A stretch of DNA of 64,000 bases from Takakia lepidozioides. Taxonomy: Eukaryota > Plantae > Bryophyta. This document shows, piece after piece, positions 25,500 to 39,195 of this stretch (positions within the stretch are counted from its first letter, which is position 1; each line of letters begins with the position of its first letter). The notes beneath the pieces were generated by a model, which ran no database searches, was not told the origin of the DNA, and saw only the letters and a program-made list of their open reading frames with translations. The translations under genes and the position numbers were made by a program. The stretch is taken from positions 34,782,001-34,846,000 of the forward strand of contig CM060731.1 of NCBI GenBank assembly GCA_030704615.1, given 5' to 3'.

Positions 25500-27015
25500 C
25501 TCCTATATAAGATGAGGAGGGCACCGGGTTCGCTCTTGGTTCGTCTGATTTGTTGCGACTTGGGGCCGACGTATTGGGAAATGTCCCATGATTGATGAAT
25601 ACAAAAACTGAATAATTGGTTATTGATGTTTTATGGTTATGTTTACTTATTATAAATTGTTTAGTAGCAGTTTTGGCAGCCATCTAGGCTCTGACAACTT
25701 TGAGAGTAACATAAAGATGAGGAGGGCTGTTCTAGGCTCTGGGTTTGAGCTTGGTTCATTTAAGCCTTGCGGTCGATGGTCGTTGATTAGTGAGGATGAA
25801 AAATGTCCCATGATAAGTTGATGAATACGAAAAATGAAATAATTGGTTAATGATGTTATATGATTATGGTTATTTACTGTAAAATGTTGTTTAGAATTTT
25901 TTTGCTTGGCAGCCATCTAGGCTCCGAAAAGTTTGAGAGTAATATAAGATGAGGAGAGACTGTAGTCGGCACCGTTTTCCTCTTGGTTCATTTGATTTGT
26001 TACGCCTTGCGGCCAATGTATCGTTGATAATTGCAGGCGAAAAACTGTCCCATGATAAGTTGATGAATTCAAAAACGAAATAATAGGTTAAGGATGTTTT
26101 ATGATTATGGTTATTTATTATAGATTGTTGTTTAGTAACAGCGTGCTTGGCAGCCATCTAGGCCCCCAAAAGTTTGAGAGTAGTGTAAGATGAGGAGGGA
26201 CTGTAGTTGGCACCGAGTTCGCTCTTGGTTCATTTGATTTGTTGCGACTTGCGGCCGATGTATTGTTCAGACAAAAAACCTCCCATGATTGATGAATACA
26301 AAAAGAAAGAAATAATTGGCTAATGATGTTTTATGATTATGGTTATTTGTTATAAATTGTTGTTTAGTAACAGTTTGCTTGGCAGCCAATCGCTTGCCAC
26401 CAAAGCTCCGAGTACTATAAGATGAGTAGTTGGCACTTACTTCATCTGATTTGTAGCCAATGCATCGTTGATAATTGCAGACGAAATATCATGATGAAAA
26501 ATGAAATTGTAAGATAATAAGGTTTTATGATTATTGTTATTTATTATAAATTGTTGCTTAGAAACAGTTTGCTTGGCAGCAAATTGCTTGCCACAACCCA
26601 GGATCGTTTGAGAATAGTATAACAGACAACCAGCATGTAGCCCAGTAATGGGCACATACCACGTTATGTGGTTGTGGGTTCAAACCACCGCTGGTGTGTC
26701 ATGAAGGTGTCCACCTTCCTGTTATAAGAGGTAAGGAAAAAAAAAAAAGTTGGACTATTTTTTTTTTTTTTTTTTAAAGTATAACATGAGGAGGGACCGT
26801 AGTTGGCACATAGGTGGCTCATTTGATGTGTTGCGACTTGCGGCCAATGTATTCATTGATAATTGTGGATGAAAAATGTCCCAAGATTGATGAATATGAA
26901 AAATGAAATAGTATGTTAATGATGTTTTATGATTATATTTATTTATTATAAATTTTTGCTTAGTAACAGTCTGCTTGGCAGCAAATTGCTTGCCACCCAG
27001 GCTCCAAAAAGTTCG
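25500..27015. repeat. ~200-240-bp tandem satellite (about 6 diverged units), each containing one 53-mer-like segment
   Basis: Recurring gatgaggaggg...ttcatttgatttgttgcgacttgcggcc...gatgaata..aaaa.tgaaata...ttggcagc blocks. Confidence 0.85.
26625..26777 (+). mobile_element. tRNA-derived SINE inserted in the satellite, with 9-bp target-site duplication
   Basis: Pol III A box TAGCCCAGTAATGG and B box GGTTCAAACC. Closing stem accagc/gctggt. A12 tail at 26737-26748. Flanking direct repeat agtataaca at 26616-26624 and 26778-26786. Confidence 0.7.
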
Positions 27016-27086
27016 AGATTGATATATTAATCTGTGTACAGTAAAGTGACTCGGTTGTTTATTCAATGAGTGATCCTTGAGCACAA

Positions 27087-27570
27087 TTTTTTTTTTTTGA
27101 AGGGAAAGGGGAGGAAGCCCTTCAGAGCTCACAATTGGAGTATTCTGAAAACTTATCGAAAATATATCCTAGAATAATGCCATTACGGAACAAAATATGC
27201 TCACATAAGAGAAAAATCTGAAACAGTTTAAGATGGAAAACCATGGCTGGCTTTATTGGCAAGGATGAAAGCCAAAAGCAGTTTGATCCTTTCTACCTTT
27301 GCCAAGTAACAAATCCTTGGTTGTAGAATAAGTGATGAATAAACAAATGATGAAAAAAGTAACCATGGAAGAGGATGAAGTTTTATACTACATAAGTTGT
27401 ATGAGTTTTTGAATTCATTATGTAGACCTTTGGACGAGCATGACCGCTTGTAAGATAACCACTCTCCGCACCCCCAAAAAAAACACTTGACGCGAATGGA
27501 CTTGAGAACAAGTCGTGTATGGCTCCTCTTTGCGAATAGTGAAGTCTACATTCATCCATAATAAACCTCA
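27087..27570 (-). mobile_element. Possible decayed L1-type LINE 3' end
   Basis: Minus-strand AIHDLFSSPFASSVF resembles the zf-RVT motif (ETIxHLFFxCxFAxxVW). Ends in a poly(A) run (T-run ~27087-27098 on +). Confidence 0.35.
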
Positions 27571-28445
27571 AAAATCATCAATTTATTTTCATAATTGTTC
27601 AATAAGAGAGATGTTATCTGAGGGAGGTAGTGCCCTGAGAAGTTGTTTTCAGCAGAGGAGAGGAGGTAACGCCTGGAATCGGACATGGTGATTTTTGACA
27701 GTGATGTGCACTTATCCAAGTGAGCTACAATCCCCGAGAAGTGGATCCTATAAGCGCTCAGTCCACCCTAGGTAATTTGCAAGCCCATGGAATAGCACTC
27801 CGTATACCCTAAGTTCTTTGTCATCCATGGATGATGGAAGGAAACCTATACCTAAGTCGGGCTATGAACAATGTACAGTTACCAAAAAGAATTTTACAAT
27901 TAAGGGTTTTACACCTCACCCGGCAAAGTTGACATGCGCTAGTACCATCTCAAAAGTGAACTGGATGGCGTTGTACTTTGTACCATAAGTCACAATGGAT
28001 CAAAAAGTGACCATACAAGCCATAAGTGCACAATTTTATGAAGCTTTCAATTAATTATGGATGAACGTATGTAGCTCATTGTGCGATTATTCCACCTCAT
28101 TACTAGTAACTTAATGACACAAATAATCCAGTCAAGTTGGACATGTCAATTATTTCCGTATTCCGTGTGCGACTGTCACAATGTGTTTCGAAAAAAGAGC
28201 GTTATATTATGAGGCCTGTTGTCCCATGCTGATTATGGTGCATTCACTCCCTCCCAATTATATGACGGAGTCCCTGTGTTGTGCACAATTCTCATCAAAC
28301 GGGGGGCATTGGGATCATCTCCAGAGGAAGAAGACGACACCAGCAGACTTGGATCCTGACCTCAAACCAAGCTCACACAAGGAGGGAGAGAGAAGCACAA
28401 ACTAATTAAGTTAGAGCCCAGAAAGGGGAAAGCACAAGATCAAGA

Positions 28446-28777
28446 GCTCACATCAAGGCAGAAATGAACAAGCTCACAAAGAGGGAGGGATGATCAGGAT
28501 GGGCTCACATCAAGGCAGAGATGAACAAGCTCACAAAGAGGGAGGGATGATCAGGATGGGCTCACATCAAGGCAGAGATGAACAAGCTCACAAAGAGGGA
28601 GGGATGATCAGGATGGGCTCACATCAAGGCAGAGATGAACAAGCTCACAAAGAGGGAGAGATGATCAGGTGTAAAGCACAAGATCATGAACCCTCAACAA
28701 GGCAGAAATGAGCAAGCTCGTAAAGAGGGAGATCGGGTGTAGATGAGCCCACATCAAGGCAGAAATGAAGAAGCTCG
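28446..28777. repeat. 57-bp tandem repeat (4 near-perfect plus degenerate copies)
   Basis: Unit gctcacatcaaggcagagatgaacaagctcacaaagagggagggatgatcaggatgg starting at 28446, 28503, 28560, 28617. Confidence 0.9.
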
Positions 28778-31700
28778 TGTTCTGGAAATGACAGAACGCT
28801 AGACTGTCCAGAGCAACGAAGAAGAAGGCATCCGAGCGATACCAAACACCGATTCCTTTCAAGATGCTTGGGCGGCGAACTGGCACCTTCCCTCCGGGTT
28901 CGGGTGGCGAGGATTCTGGCGATGAAACCTCACCACCCGGAGGGGCTTCTGGTAAGAAATAAATTAAAATAAGATAATTGTTTAAAACGAATACGACACG
29001 TGGGGATCCACGCTGGCTGTGAAAATTTACAAGTGGGCAGTGAAAATCTTGGGCATTAAATGCATTCGACTTTACCGACAGAGCGCGAGTCTGTTCATCC
29101 ATAATGCCCATCCATTGCAGGTTTGACTGCAGGCTCTGTTCATCTGCTGGATGCTGGCAGGTACGGTCTCTGCCTCGCAGTCTAGTATGTCCTAAAACTG
29201 ATACCAGTACCAGCTTTGTCAGACGGCCGTCTCTCTCCCAGCTCGAGAGAGAGGAGGAATCGGGATTTGCTGGGGTTCTTCGTGCTCGCTGTTGCTTGAA
29301 TTCAGCCCTTGAGGGTTTGGGTCTGTGCTTGTTGCTCTGGTTATGAGAATTTACAATACTCAGCACAATCCCACATCGGTCCGTGAATTGTAGCAACATG
29401 GATTCTTGTAGATCGAAAGGTCAGTGAGTGATTCAAACGTTTCGGTTCAGCTAAGCTCTCAGTACGAGGAATTCATGTACACTCACTTCACAGAAGTAGC
29501 GATCGTTGATTTCAGAACTGGTGCCTTGGTTAGCTGCATGGTTCTCCCCAATATGCGAAATAGCAAGATTCAAGCGCCAGTGGTGGTCTTCCCAGACACC
29601 GAGATCAAATTGGGTTTGACTGATGTGGTCGTGTATAACTGCTTGAGTCCTCTGTTCCTTGAGTGAAGGATGGCGCATGGACATGTTTTTTTTTTAGCAT
29701 GCCTTCCCGTTTGATCAAAAGAGTTCGAGAATACCTTTCTTCGCTCAACTATTGCATGATGACGAAAGCCTCTAACATGATGAAAAACCTTCTTCTTAGC
29801 ACACTTTGCCAACACCCACAACATTCCATTGCCGTTACAATGATGCTGATGAGAGCATGTCCCCGCAGATATCTTCTCACATAGAGCTGTAGAGGTTACT
29901 CGCATGAACCAACTTGTCTGATCTCTTAGACTTGCAATTCAAGCCTGGCAAATGCTGAGTATCGTGGACGCTTCACGCCAGCTTTGGTATGCATCCCAAG
30001 ACTACAAATGCCTCTTCACGGCCCAGGCTTTGCGAATCCATGTCCATTGCAGTCAGACCACATTCTGCTCGGTATTTCTCAAACACTTGGAGCGCATGCA
30101 CCAGGCGCATAAAAGCTAGATAGAGAGAAGCCCGAAAATAGAGTCGAGGAGCAAAGGACACTATTTCCTCTGCAATTTCATCTGAGGTCGTCCTTCCCAC
30201 CGGCGGGTGATCACTTGAGTACGGTTCTTGGGCAGTGGAAAACCACGGGCTTCGGGATTTGCGGATCCAAAAACGTTACCAGTTGTGGTACGAAATTTTC
30301 TTGCAATCTCACGGACAAGCGAGCAGTATTTTGATGTTATGAAGAACTACACGAATTGATGGGTTGCAGTCGCGAAAAAATGAAATTGAAGCATAAGAAA
30401 TTGCTGAGGGAAAGTGGAAGGCGGGGCCCTGGTAATGTAAACTTTGCTGAGACACTCTTTGTGCCTGACAGGGGCCCTTGATTGGGCAGTTGCATGACAC
30501 CCTCTGGAGTGAGATGAACCAAATCTTAAGCTAAACCACGTGAGGTGTCTCCCAGTGTCTGGATTGCACAAGGTTTTGTCAGTTTGGTTGCAATACCAGA
30601 ATGACACATGTGTGCATTTGAAATAGATAGGCCGCAGTCCTGAGACGAAAGTACTGATGGACGATGCTCTCCACAGCCTCGCAGGTGAGTACAGCGCCCA
30701 CAATCATAGATGCATATCTGCGTCAATGATTCTGCTACCGAACCCCCTCAAACACTTTTTCCTTTGTGAGTGTGGGAAGTTTTGTTCTTCTCGTCCTCTC
30801 TCCAGGCTGCACATATAAATAACCGCTGTTGAAGCTTTTAGATGTTTTCTTGTCCATGCCACTGTTATGTTCCAATGTGAACGTGAATATTTGTTTCAAA
30901 TCTACATGTGATCACCTCCGTGGGTTCATAGAAAGAAAACTAGAGAAGACAGGAGTGGTCGTTGGTATAGTGTGACCTCTACACTCAATAGTGAAAGACA
31001 GGAGCGTATGGTGCAAAACTTGAGGTCTTGGATATAGTGGTCAAGTATTTGCTGACAACATACTGACTTGTGCTCCCAGGCAGTGAGCGCGGGAGCCACA
31101 ACTGGCAAGCTTGCTCACATCGATGACGCAAGCGCGCACCATTGCCCTGGTACCTTCTGTCTCTCTCCTCTCTGTTCTCGCTACAGGGAGAAAGCAAGGA
31201 AGGGCAGCCTGTACATAGGGAGAGGAGAGCATGTTCCAAGTAAGCAGCTGATTGAAGCTACTCCCAGTATTTCACTTGCAATTTGAGATAAACAGGATCT
31301 GTATTCTTTTGAGACATAAATCATTCTGGTTATGGTGTTTCTGCCTAGGTTTTCCCTCGGGAATGTGAGAAAAACTGTTTAGCATACAATTGCCATGGGC
31401 TGCTGGCCCCACAGAAGAACTGGTAAGCAACTCGAGCTATTTTTGTCACCCTTTCGCAGCTGCAAATCACTTGTTAGAGACCTTGAAAAGTTTCCCAAGA
31501 GATCTTACCAGGAGAAAAGTATATATAACAGTGATACAAATGCCACATTGGCTTGCACTAGTATAGAGTCATACCTCTGGGAGAGAGCCATTCAACAGGC
31601 ACACTAACAGTTGCACATCTTTCGAGGTCCAAAGTTTGAACAAGATTGTGCAGTGTTGCAGGCAGGATATCAATGCTTGTCCATGGTTACGACCGTAGGA

Positions 31701-34205
31701 GCCGTAGGGAAAGCAGAAATTGTGACAAAAATGTGGGAGAGAACAGCTCAAACTCCAAGGGCCCAACTGTGGATAAGAGAACCGGAGTGAAATGGAATAA
31801 TGGTAAGTCTCATTACCAGATCTCATAAGTGCTTGGCGGTATGAAATTGGTTAGGGTTTTGCAGTGGTAAAAGTTGGAGCTTAAGGTGCAGATCAAGCTC
31901 ACATGCAAACAGCTGTTCTACTTTCAAGAGGACGATGGCAGAATTTCACCAGCTGAGGGTCGAAAGAGTGTGTGCAAATCCTTGAGGTACAAGTGGTTGG
32001 ATGAGAGGGAAGGGAATGGAAGTGGCTGAGTTAGACGAGTTAAAAATCACTGAGGAACCGTGACAGGAAGGGTAGAAATCCACTGCAAGGTCTTGGGAGC
32101 CAATATCTGCATATTATAATTTGTTTATTCAGTTTGGTGTGGTCTCTCCAAAGGCAGTCCATGGCTCGTGGTGATAGTCTGTAGCTCCCCCTGGATGGCT
32201 CTTTTTCAAAACAGGGTAGTGGAGGCTTTTCGATCTGAATCCTTCACGGGCTGGCTTGCAGACTATCATGACATCAATCTCCATGTCAGAGTATACATAT
32301 ATGTTTTGTTATTGAAATCTGGGGGCTTGACATCCCCACCCGGGTGTGTGGAGCCAGGGGAAAGGCTGAAGTGTCAGTATATTCAGGAATTTGGCAGGTT
32401 TCTAGAGAATGTTGAAGCATTTCTTGAGTTTGCCTTGCATACCTCTCCTACTTTGCCACCCCCATGCATCCTATCTACAACAAACCTCTGTAGTCCTTAA
32501 ACTATGATGATGCTCTGCTCCATTTCTGGGTCTGGATGGAGGTGCTTATGCCACTGTTGAGTCTGTTCCCTTCTGTCCTCTCCCGGTGCTGCCCCTGAGG
32601 TGCCTCTACTGTCATCTTACCATGTTAAAATCTTGCTTGGCAGCCCTGTATGCTGTTCCTGGGCCTCCGGTGATGCTTGAAAGCCCCCACAAGCAAGGCA
32701 CCTGTGCATCGGCACTGGATCTGCTTTGGGGTTTGGGATCTATTAGGCCTCTTTACACACACCCACAACTGCACCAATGATATGCATGGGAATCCTGAAT
32801 ATTTCTCCCATTTACTATCCGTACAAGAAGCCCCTATGCAAGCAGCCCATTGACAACGCTGATCTGCTACAGCTTCCTGGTTTTCTACTCTTCAGACCAT
32901 CGACAGCAGTTAGGCAGGATTCTCCCAGATCTCTGTTCATGCAGTTGGAAGTACAGATGGATAACTGTCTCTGGTATAGATTTCGAAGATCCATTTCATG
33001 ATCCATTGTGAAGCAACCCGATGTGGAGAACTGACATGACAGGTGCATAATGGCAGTGTGTTCATGCAGGGGGTTTTCCTTATTACAAAGGGACCAGCCC
33101 TTTGATCCCTCTGTATGCCTCGCATTCTGTTACATTTTAGTATCCCCAATTCTGACCCCAGAATACCTCCTTCACTGGCTAGTGATTGACTGACAGTGTT
33201 TGATACCATTTTCTACTGGCTGTGGAATAGCAAGAAAAATGTAGCATGCTTCATGCAGCCCTAGCAAAGGACCAATGAGCAATCTGCATGGAAAAAGCTC
33301 ATCTTGGGAGCCCTATCACCCAGCCAAGGTTGAGCCTATAGCTTTGGTGCTGCCTGCTTACCACACCAGTGGGACTCAATCAGACGACAGTATCGTTGAA
33401 GAAGCTACTGCACAGAACATGTATCACACAAAATATCATGCTCTACAACAGTTGAAGATCATAAGAAAACCTAAGAGGAAAAGCTACGTTACCACAGATT
33501 CCAGGCAATCCGATTTTGGTTGCCAATGGTGCCGTCCAAGCATTCACAAAGTCGAATATCCGAAAAGCAGAAGAACCCTTGACTCCCAGTACAGACCTGG
33601 AGTGAGAGATGACCTACCTCTGCACATAAACCAGCGATTTGCCCTGTCGAACTTTGACGGTCATTACCTGGGGAAACTAAATCTCCAAGGGGCTGTACCG
33701 AATGTCGAAGGTAGGTAAGGACCCGACACTACGCAGAGGTGTATCTTTGTATATATGGAGTGGGAGTCAGATAACACCAGGCCCGGACTATTAAAAAGAC
33801 GCTTGCTTAGTCTGTCCCTCCCTCAGAACAGATCACCTCCCTCAGAATATGGCCGATGAAACGTGCACGAAGACGTCTGGACGTCTGGACGGTGCCAGCA
33901 CGTTGTTACCCTCTTTGGAAACTTGTTCCCGTATTTTATGACTTGTTCCCAATTCCTGCTTTTGTCTCGAGTGACGGATTCTTGGTAGATCTTGAAGAAT
34001 GTTCTCGTCCTGCAACCCTTTGTTCGGTTGTGCAGCAAGGATACAATCCCTAATCTCGGGTGAGGGCAAGCACAAGCCATTCCATGCTCGTAAGTCGGTG
34101 CAAGAGAGAGGTTTGGTCAATTGAGGAGATTGTGGTGTGATCTTTACGGCAGCTCAGCGGGATTGTCAAGGAACAGGGCATTAAGCTGATGAGTCATTAA
34201 CGCAG

Positions 34206-37200
34206 ATGAGAGGGAGTCTTCACAACCAAGGAGGTATCATCCTCATCCTGGGTGATCACATTCTGCTGAATGTGCTGGAGAGAATAACGGACCGTATAGA
34301 TAGGCAGTCATGGTGCTTAGTTTGCAAGCACTTCCTCTATCTAGAAGCAATTTGCCGAAAAGATTTACAGGTATTGAGATCCGAAGTTCTGTCGAGGGTT
34401 CTTCAGAGATACAGCAACCTCCAACACCTGGATCTGTCCTCCTGCATTCAAGTCACCGACGAGGGTCTAGAGACAGTGGCAAAGTTGTCGGGTTTGCATC
34501 TCGTCTCGATCAAACTTATCAGAGCGGGGGGTTTTACGGACGTTGGGCTGGCAGCTCTAGCAAATAAATGCCTATCCCTGCGGGATGTCGATCTTACTAA
34601 TTGCTCACGAGTTGGGGACTCGGCTCTTATTGCCCTTAGTCAGCTCAAAAATCTGCAGAGTCTAAAGCTTGTGAGTTGTCGGACTATCACCGATACTGGT
34701 CTCGGACGATTGGCGACTGGTTGCAAAGGGCTATGGCTACTCAATTTGAGAGGATGTTTTCTAATCACAGACAAAGGGATTGGTTTTGTTGCAGCCAACT
34801 GCAAGCAGCTCCACACTCTTGACCTTTCCTACACCGAGGTATGGAGTCTTCTTGTCCTGCATTGTTCTCTACTTTCCACAACTTGGATTGAGCTTGCCAA
34901 AACATAGACAGGCGGACTGCTGTCCGTATATAATATGACGTGTACTCTGAGGTAGAGGTAGAGAGAAGAAATTAAGAAACCTTATAACGTCCACAATGCA
35001 CCCAGAGGGCGCAAGCAGTAGAACTACAAGGGGGAAAGAAGAAACATATAATTAAATTTATTAATCCTGCAGGGGGTCCACTTGAGTGAAGAAATGAAAT
35101 GAAACATGTTCAAAGAGGGTAGAGAAAGAGAGAGGAAGACATGTCCATTGGAGGCCAGAGGGCCCAAGGGATAGATTGGGAGAATCAAATGTGGGGTGTG
35201 TATATCCCTGAGATGTAACATGGCAGAGAGGGGTCATAGCTTTCTTGGGAGCTGGTCAGAGGGATACTGATGGTCAATGAATGCGGTGCAGCTCACAGTC
35301 CATGGCTTGTCCTCTGTCGCATCACTGGAGCATCTTGAGGATCTCATTCTTGTCGCATGCAATAGTGTGAGTGATGCTGGCTTGGCTTGCCTCAAGGATG
35401 GTTGTAGGTCTTTAAAGGTATGGCAGATCCCATTGATCTTATTGGCTTATGTTTAGTGGAGATGGATATCTCATCGATGTGAGGATTTTTGTTTAGAACA
35501 CAGGTGCAAAGTTACTGGAGGGTCGAGCAATGATAAATAATCTCTTCTGGCAGATTGATAAATTCTTAATGGATTTTAGATTCACAATTTCAACATTTCA
35601 TGTTGTAGGATATGGCTGCAGATAATAATGACGCCGTGCGGCTTTAATGTCAAAGCAGACAATCTGGAGTGTCAGGATATAGCATGGGCAACTCATGTTG
35701 GCAGAGATTTGTGTGTTTTCTCCTTGTGCTAGCTGTTGCAAGCAAAAAGCAAAAACTGAGTGATTCGGTGGAGGGGTCGTCTCTTTTCTTTATGTCTGGA
35801 AGGAAGGTTTAGAAAGGAAATGATCTTTTTATCTGCATTCTGTAGTAAAGATGGTCACAGTTTTCAGAGCATGGTCTTCCTTGCCGTGGAGATAGTTATA
35901 AATGTTGTTTATGATTGTACATACTTCTAAAGTATGCACAATCAAGACCAGATTTGCAGTGGGGATAGGAGACAAGGAAATCAAGGCCAAAAGGAACACT
36001 ACAAATGCATAGTGGTTGGCATGTGCAGAGTCTGGATGTGTCGAGGTGCCAGAATGTGACTGGTGTGGGCATTGTGACCCTGGCTGGTAGCTCGATACAA
36101 TTGCAACAGCTCACACTCTCCTACTGTTTGCAGGTAATCAAATGCACTTCTCCCATCCATGTCTTCATCATTTATGGCACAGAAGATTCCTCTTCTGAGT
36201 TGGAACAAAGTCTTCACATGAGTTGAATGTCTCTGGCCTTATCAACTTCAGCTTCGTTTACCCTGCACTTAACAGGATGTACCAAGTGGAATGCTGGGTT
36301 CTTTATCTGTTTGATTTAGTCCCTACTTCTGGAAAGAGATTCATCCTGCTGTTGTATGAATGAACCTTGTTCTCTTTACTGAGTCACAATGGCTCAAGAC
36401 TCTGGACATTTAGCCCCAGTAGCTCAAAGGGACAGTGTGTAATTTTTTCATCAAACCATTCCCATGGCTGTTTTGAGAAGAGTGCGCGGCTCATCAAGGA
36501 CTTTGTGTTTGGCAGATATGTGACGATCTGTTTCCAAGTTTCCAGAAGCTAAGATTGCTACAAGGAATAAAGCTGGATGGCTGTGACATTTCTGGGCCTG
36601 GCCTTGAGTTCATAGGCAAAGGCTGTAAGGCATTGAAAGAGTTCAGTGTGAGCAAGTGCCATGGCATAACGGACACTGGTATCGCAGCTCTTGTGGCTGG
36701 CTGTACGGGTCTGCACAAACTGGATCTCACTTGCTGCCGTGACCTGACTGATAAAACACTTGCAGCAATTGCATCAACCTGCAAGGGTCTTCTGAGCCTC
36801 AAGATGGAAGCTTGTGGCCTTATCTCACAGCTCGGCCTGTCCTGGTTATGCAAGGAGTGCCCTTGCCTGGAGGAGCTTGACTTCACAGATAGCAATATCG
36901 ATGACAATGGTACGATTGTCCTACTGTCTCTTGCAAGACGTGGTTTGTGAACAACTGGACAGTGGATTGCAACAGCCAAGAAATTGAGAAAACACGGAAT
37001 GAGGAATAGTGAACTGTGTCCAGGGCTCAGCTCTTGGCATTGGAAGAGCTCGAGTGCCTCATGTACTTCCTGCAAAGTGATTTGAATAGGTTCCCCTGGC
37101 AGTGTCCAGCATGATGGCTGCATCCTATACATAGCATCAGAGTAGGTACTTGGCCTCCTCTTTTGACGATCTTTGTATGCTGCAGGGTTGAAGTCAATTG

Positions 37201-38474
37201 CAAGATGCACAGCCCTTAGGTTTCTGAAGTTGGGCTTCTGTTTAAACATCACTGATGAGGGACTTGCATACATTGGGGGCAGTTGCTGCAACTTGCGAGA
37301 GCTTGATGTTTACAGGTTTGCGTCCACTCTTCCAAGCATCGCCAAAACCTTTTGCCGCATGGAGGAGAAAGATCTTTTTGTAAATGCCTCGTAGTTTTAA
37401 AGTTGTTCTTGGACAGGTGGTTCGGTGTTGAGTATGTCAATATATGGGCAGAACAGTATGAGCAGCTTCTTCAACTGGCTAACACACTTGCAAGAAGCGG
37501 GCTGGTGATGTAGTTCTGACGTGGTTGGGTGGACTGGCAGGTCTCAGAACATCGGCAATGCCGGGGTGGCAGCAATTGCCAGTGGTTGTCCCCGTTTGAG
37601 AGTGATGAATCTTTCCTATTGTAGGCATGTTACAGATGCCAGCATGCACTCACTCGCGCAACTCAGGGACCTTGTGCAGCTTGAGTTACGTGCTTGTGTC
37701 TTGGTGACTTCTGACGGGCTCTCATTTCTGGCAGCTTCCTGCAAGCACCTGGTGGAATTGGACATTAAACGCTGCTCATATATAAGAGACCCTGGTGTTT
37801 TAGCAGTGGCACGGGGATGCCCAAATCTTCGACAGGTGCAGCCTTGCTTCCACTGTGGTATGAGTTGGGTGGTCTGTCAGGAGGGCAAAATACGTTCTTC
37901 AGGCCATGCTTCAATACCTGGGCATAATTTGGTCAATCCAGAAAATCTGCATTCCATAAAATCTGCATTTGTACCAAGCAGTTGGGGAAGGGTGGACTCA
38001 AAAGAATCTCACTCTATAGCACTTGGGATTTAACAAGTGAAAAACAAGGTACCAGTATGTAGGTATCTCTGCTACCCAGAGCTAAATACTCCTCTGTGTT
38101 GTGCGCCTCTAGGTCCACAGAGTGAATAGAGTAACTAATTGTCCTACGATAGGGTAGCCATACCTCATTTGATCTGGGGTGCTGTTGGTAATAGGGCTCT
38201 AACAAGTTGGAGGGGAATGCAGATCAACCTGTCCTACTGTGCAGTGACAGACATTGGGTTGATGGCGGTCGCGAAGCTGAGCTGCATGCAGAACATGAAG
38301 CTGGTGCACCTCAAGCATGTCAGTAATGACTGCTATGCAGCTGCCCTTCTTGCTTGTGGCAGCCTGAAGAAAGTGAAGCTCCTCGCTGGCTTACGAATGG
38401 TCTTACCAGCAGGCGTAATCAGCCAGATGGAGTCTAGGGGCTGCAGGGTTCGCTGGATGGATAAGCCATCTTAA
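34206..38474 (+). CDS. FBL3: F-box/LRR-repeat protein, FBL3/RAE1-like; 7 exons
   Basis: Exons approx. 34206-34838, 35292-35417, 36029-36133, 36516-36909, 37186-37315, 37541-37834, 38223-38474. N-terminal F-box-like LGDHILLNVLE..DRQSWCLVCK, many cysteine-containing LRRs, LKLGFCLNITDEGL..LRELDVYR, and C-terminal ALLACGSLKKVKL..ESRGCRVRW. These match recalled Arabidopsis FBL3/RAE1 features. Confidence 0.9.
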
Positions 38475-39099
38475 GAGGGCAAAGAAAATGTTACGTCTGC
38501 TCCATCATTATTGTCAAACCCAAAAACAGGGTTAGTCGGCTTTAAGATGCATATCTTTTACAATGTCCAGTTGTCAAACGGATGTGCCAAATTAAGGTAC
38601 CGCGTCACTTGATCAGATCTGAGGCACGGTGGATCATTTGTATGAACTGAAGTCGAAACCTGTGTGTGGTGTAATACCAGGTTACAGCTTAAATACTCCT
38701 GTAAACCCCCTTGCGGTGACAGAAGGCCTGGCCACTTTGTATGCCTGAGGGCATACCTGCAAACGGCCAGAGGTCCGAGGGCAGAAATTTTCCGCCGCAT
38801 AAAAATCTGCTCATCTGGTTCCACCCTCTGACTATCTGGCCCCACATCAACCCTATATGATATCTCATCCAAGGGACAAGATTGTGTTCCATGCCTCTCT
38901 CTGGCAACGGGGTTCCACTTCCATGCTCCTTGCTCAAGGGACCACTGGTGCCCTCCTGGGAAGTAATCTAGAGCAGGTTATTATGCATATGTGAAGGCCA
39001 GCTAAATGCAAACAAAGTATCACCACTCCAAAATTCCAGCACCACATCTACTCCTAAGTAGACTGTCCATCTCACTTATTTTGATACTAAGGGAGAGAG

Positions 39100-39195
39100 A
39101 TAATTAGTCGCAAAAATGTCAGAATGAGCCTCCCCTTCTCCCCCCTAGTCTGCATAATAATTAGTCGAAAAATGGCAGAATGAGCCTCCCCTGCT
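39100..39195. repeat. Direct repeat, left copy (tandem ~57-bp dimer); partner at 41872-41967
   Basis: aatgagcctccccttct..ctgca.aataattagtc.aaaaa.ggcagaatgagcctcccctgc occurs at both sites. Confidence 0.85.

Noticed and set aside
28665-29399. 244-aa minus-strand ORF
   Set aside because: Non-ATG start, no motifs, and it runs through AT-rich intron-like DNA.
30630-30665. Hammerhead-ribozyme-like gtc-ctga-gac-gaaa
   Set aside because: The CUGAnGA core is not in the required position and stems I/III are absent.
30900-33720. Scattered short ORFs and splice-like sites before FBL3
   Set aside because: Could not assemble a consistent gene model or recognise a family.
36494-37291. 265-aa minus-strand ORF
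   Set aside because: Antisense shadow of FBL3 exons with no recognisable domain.
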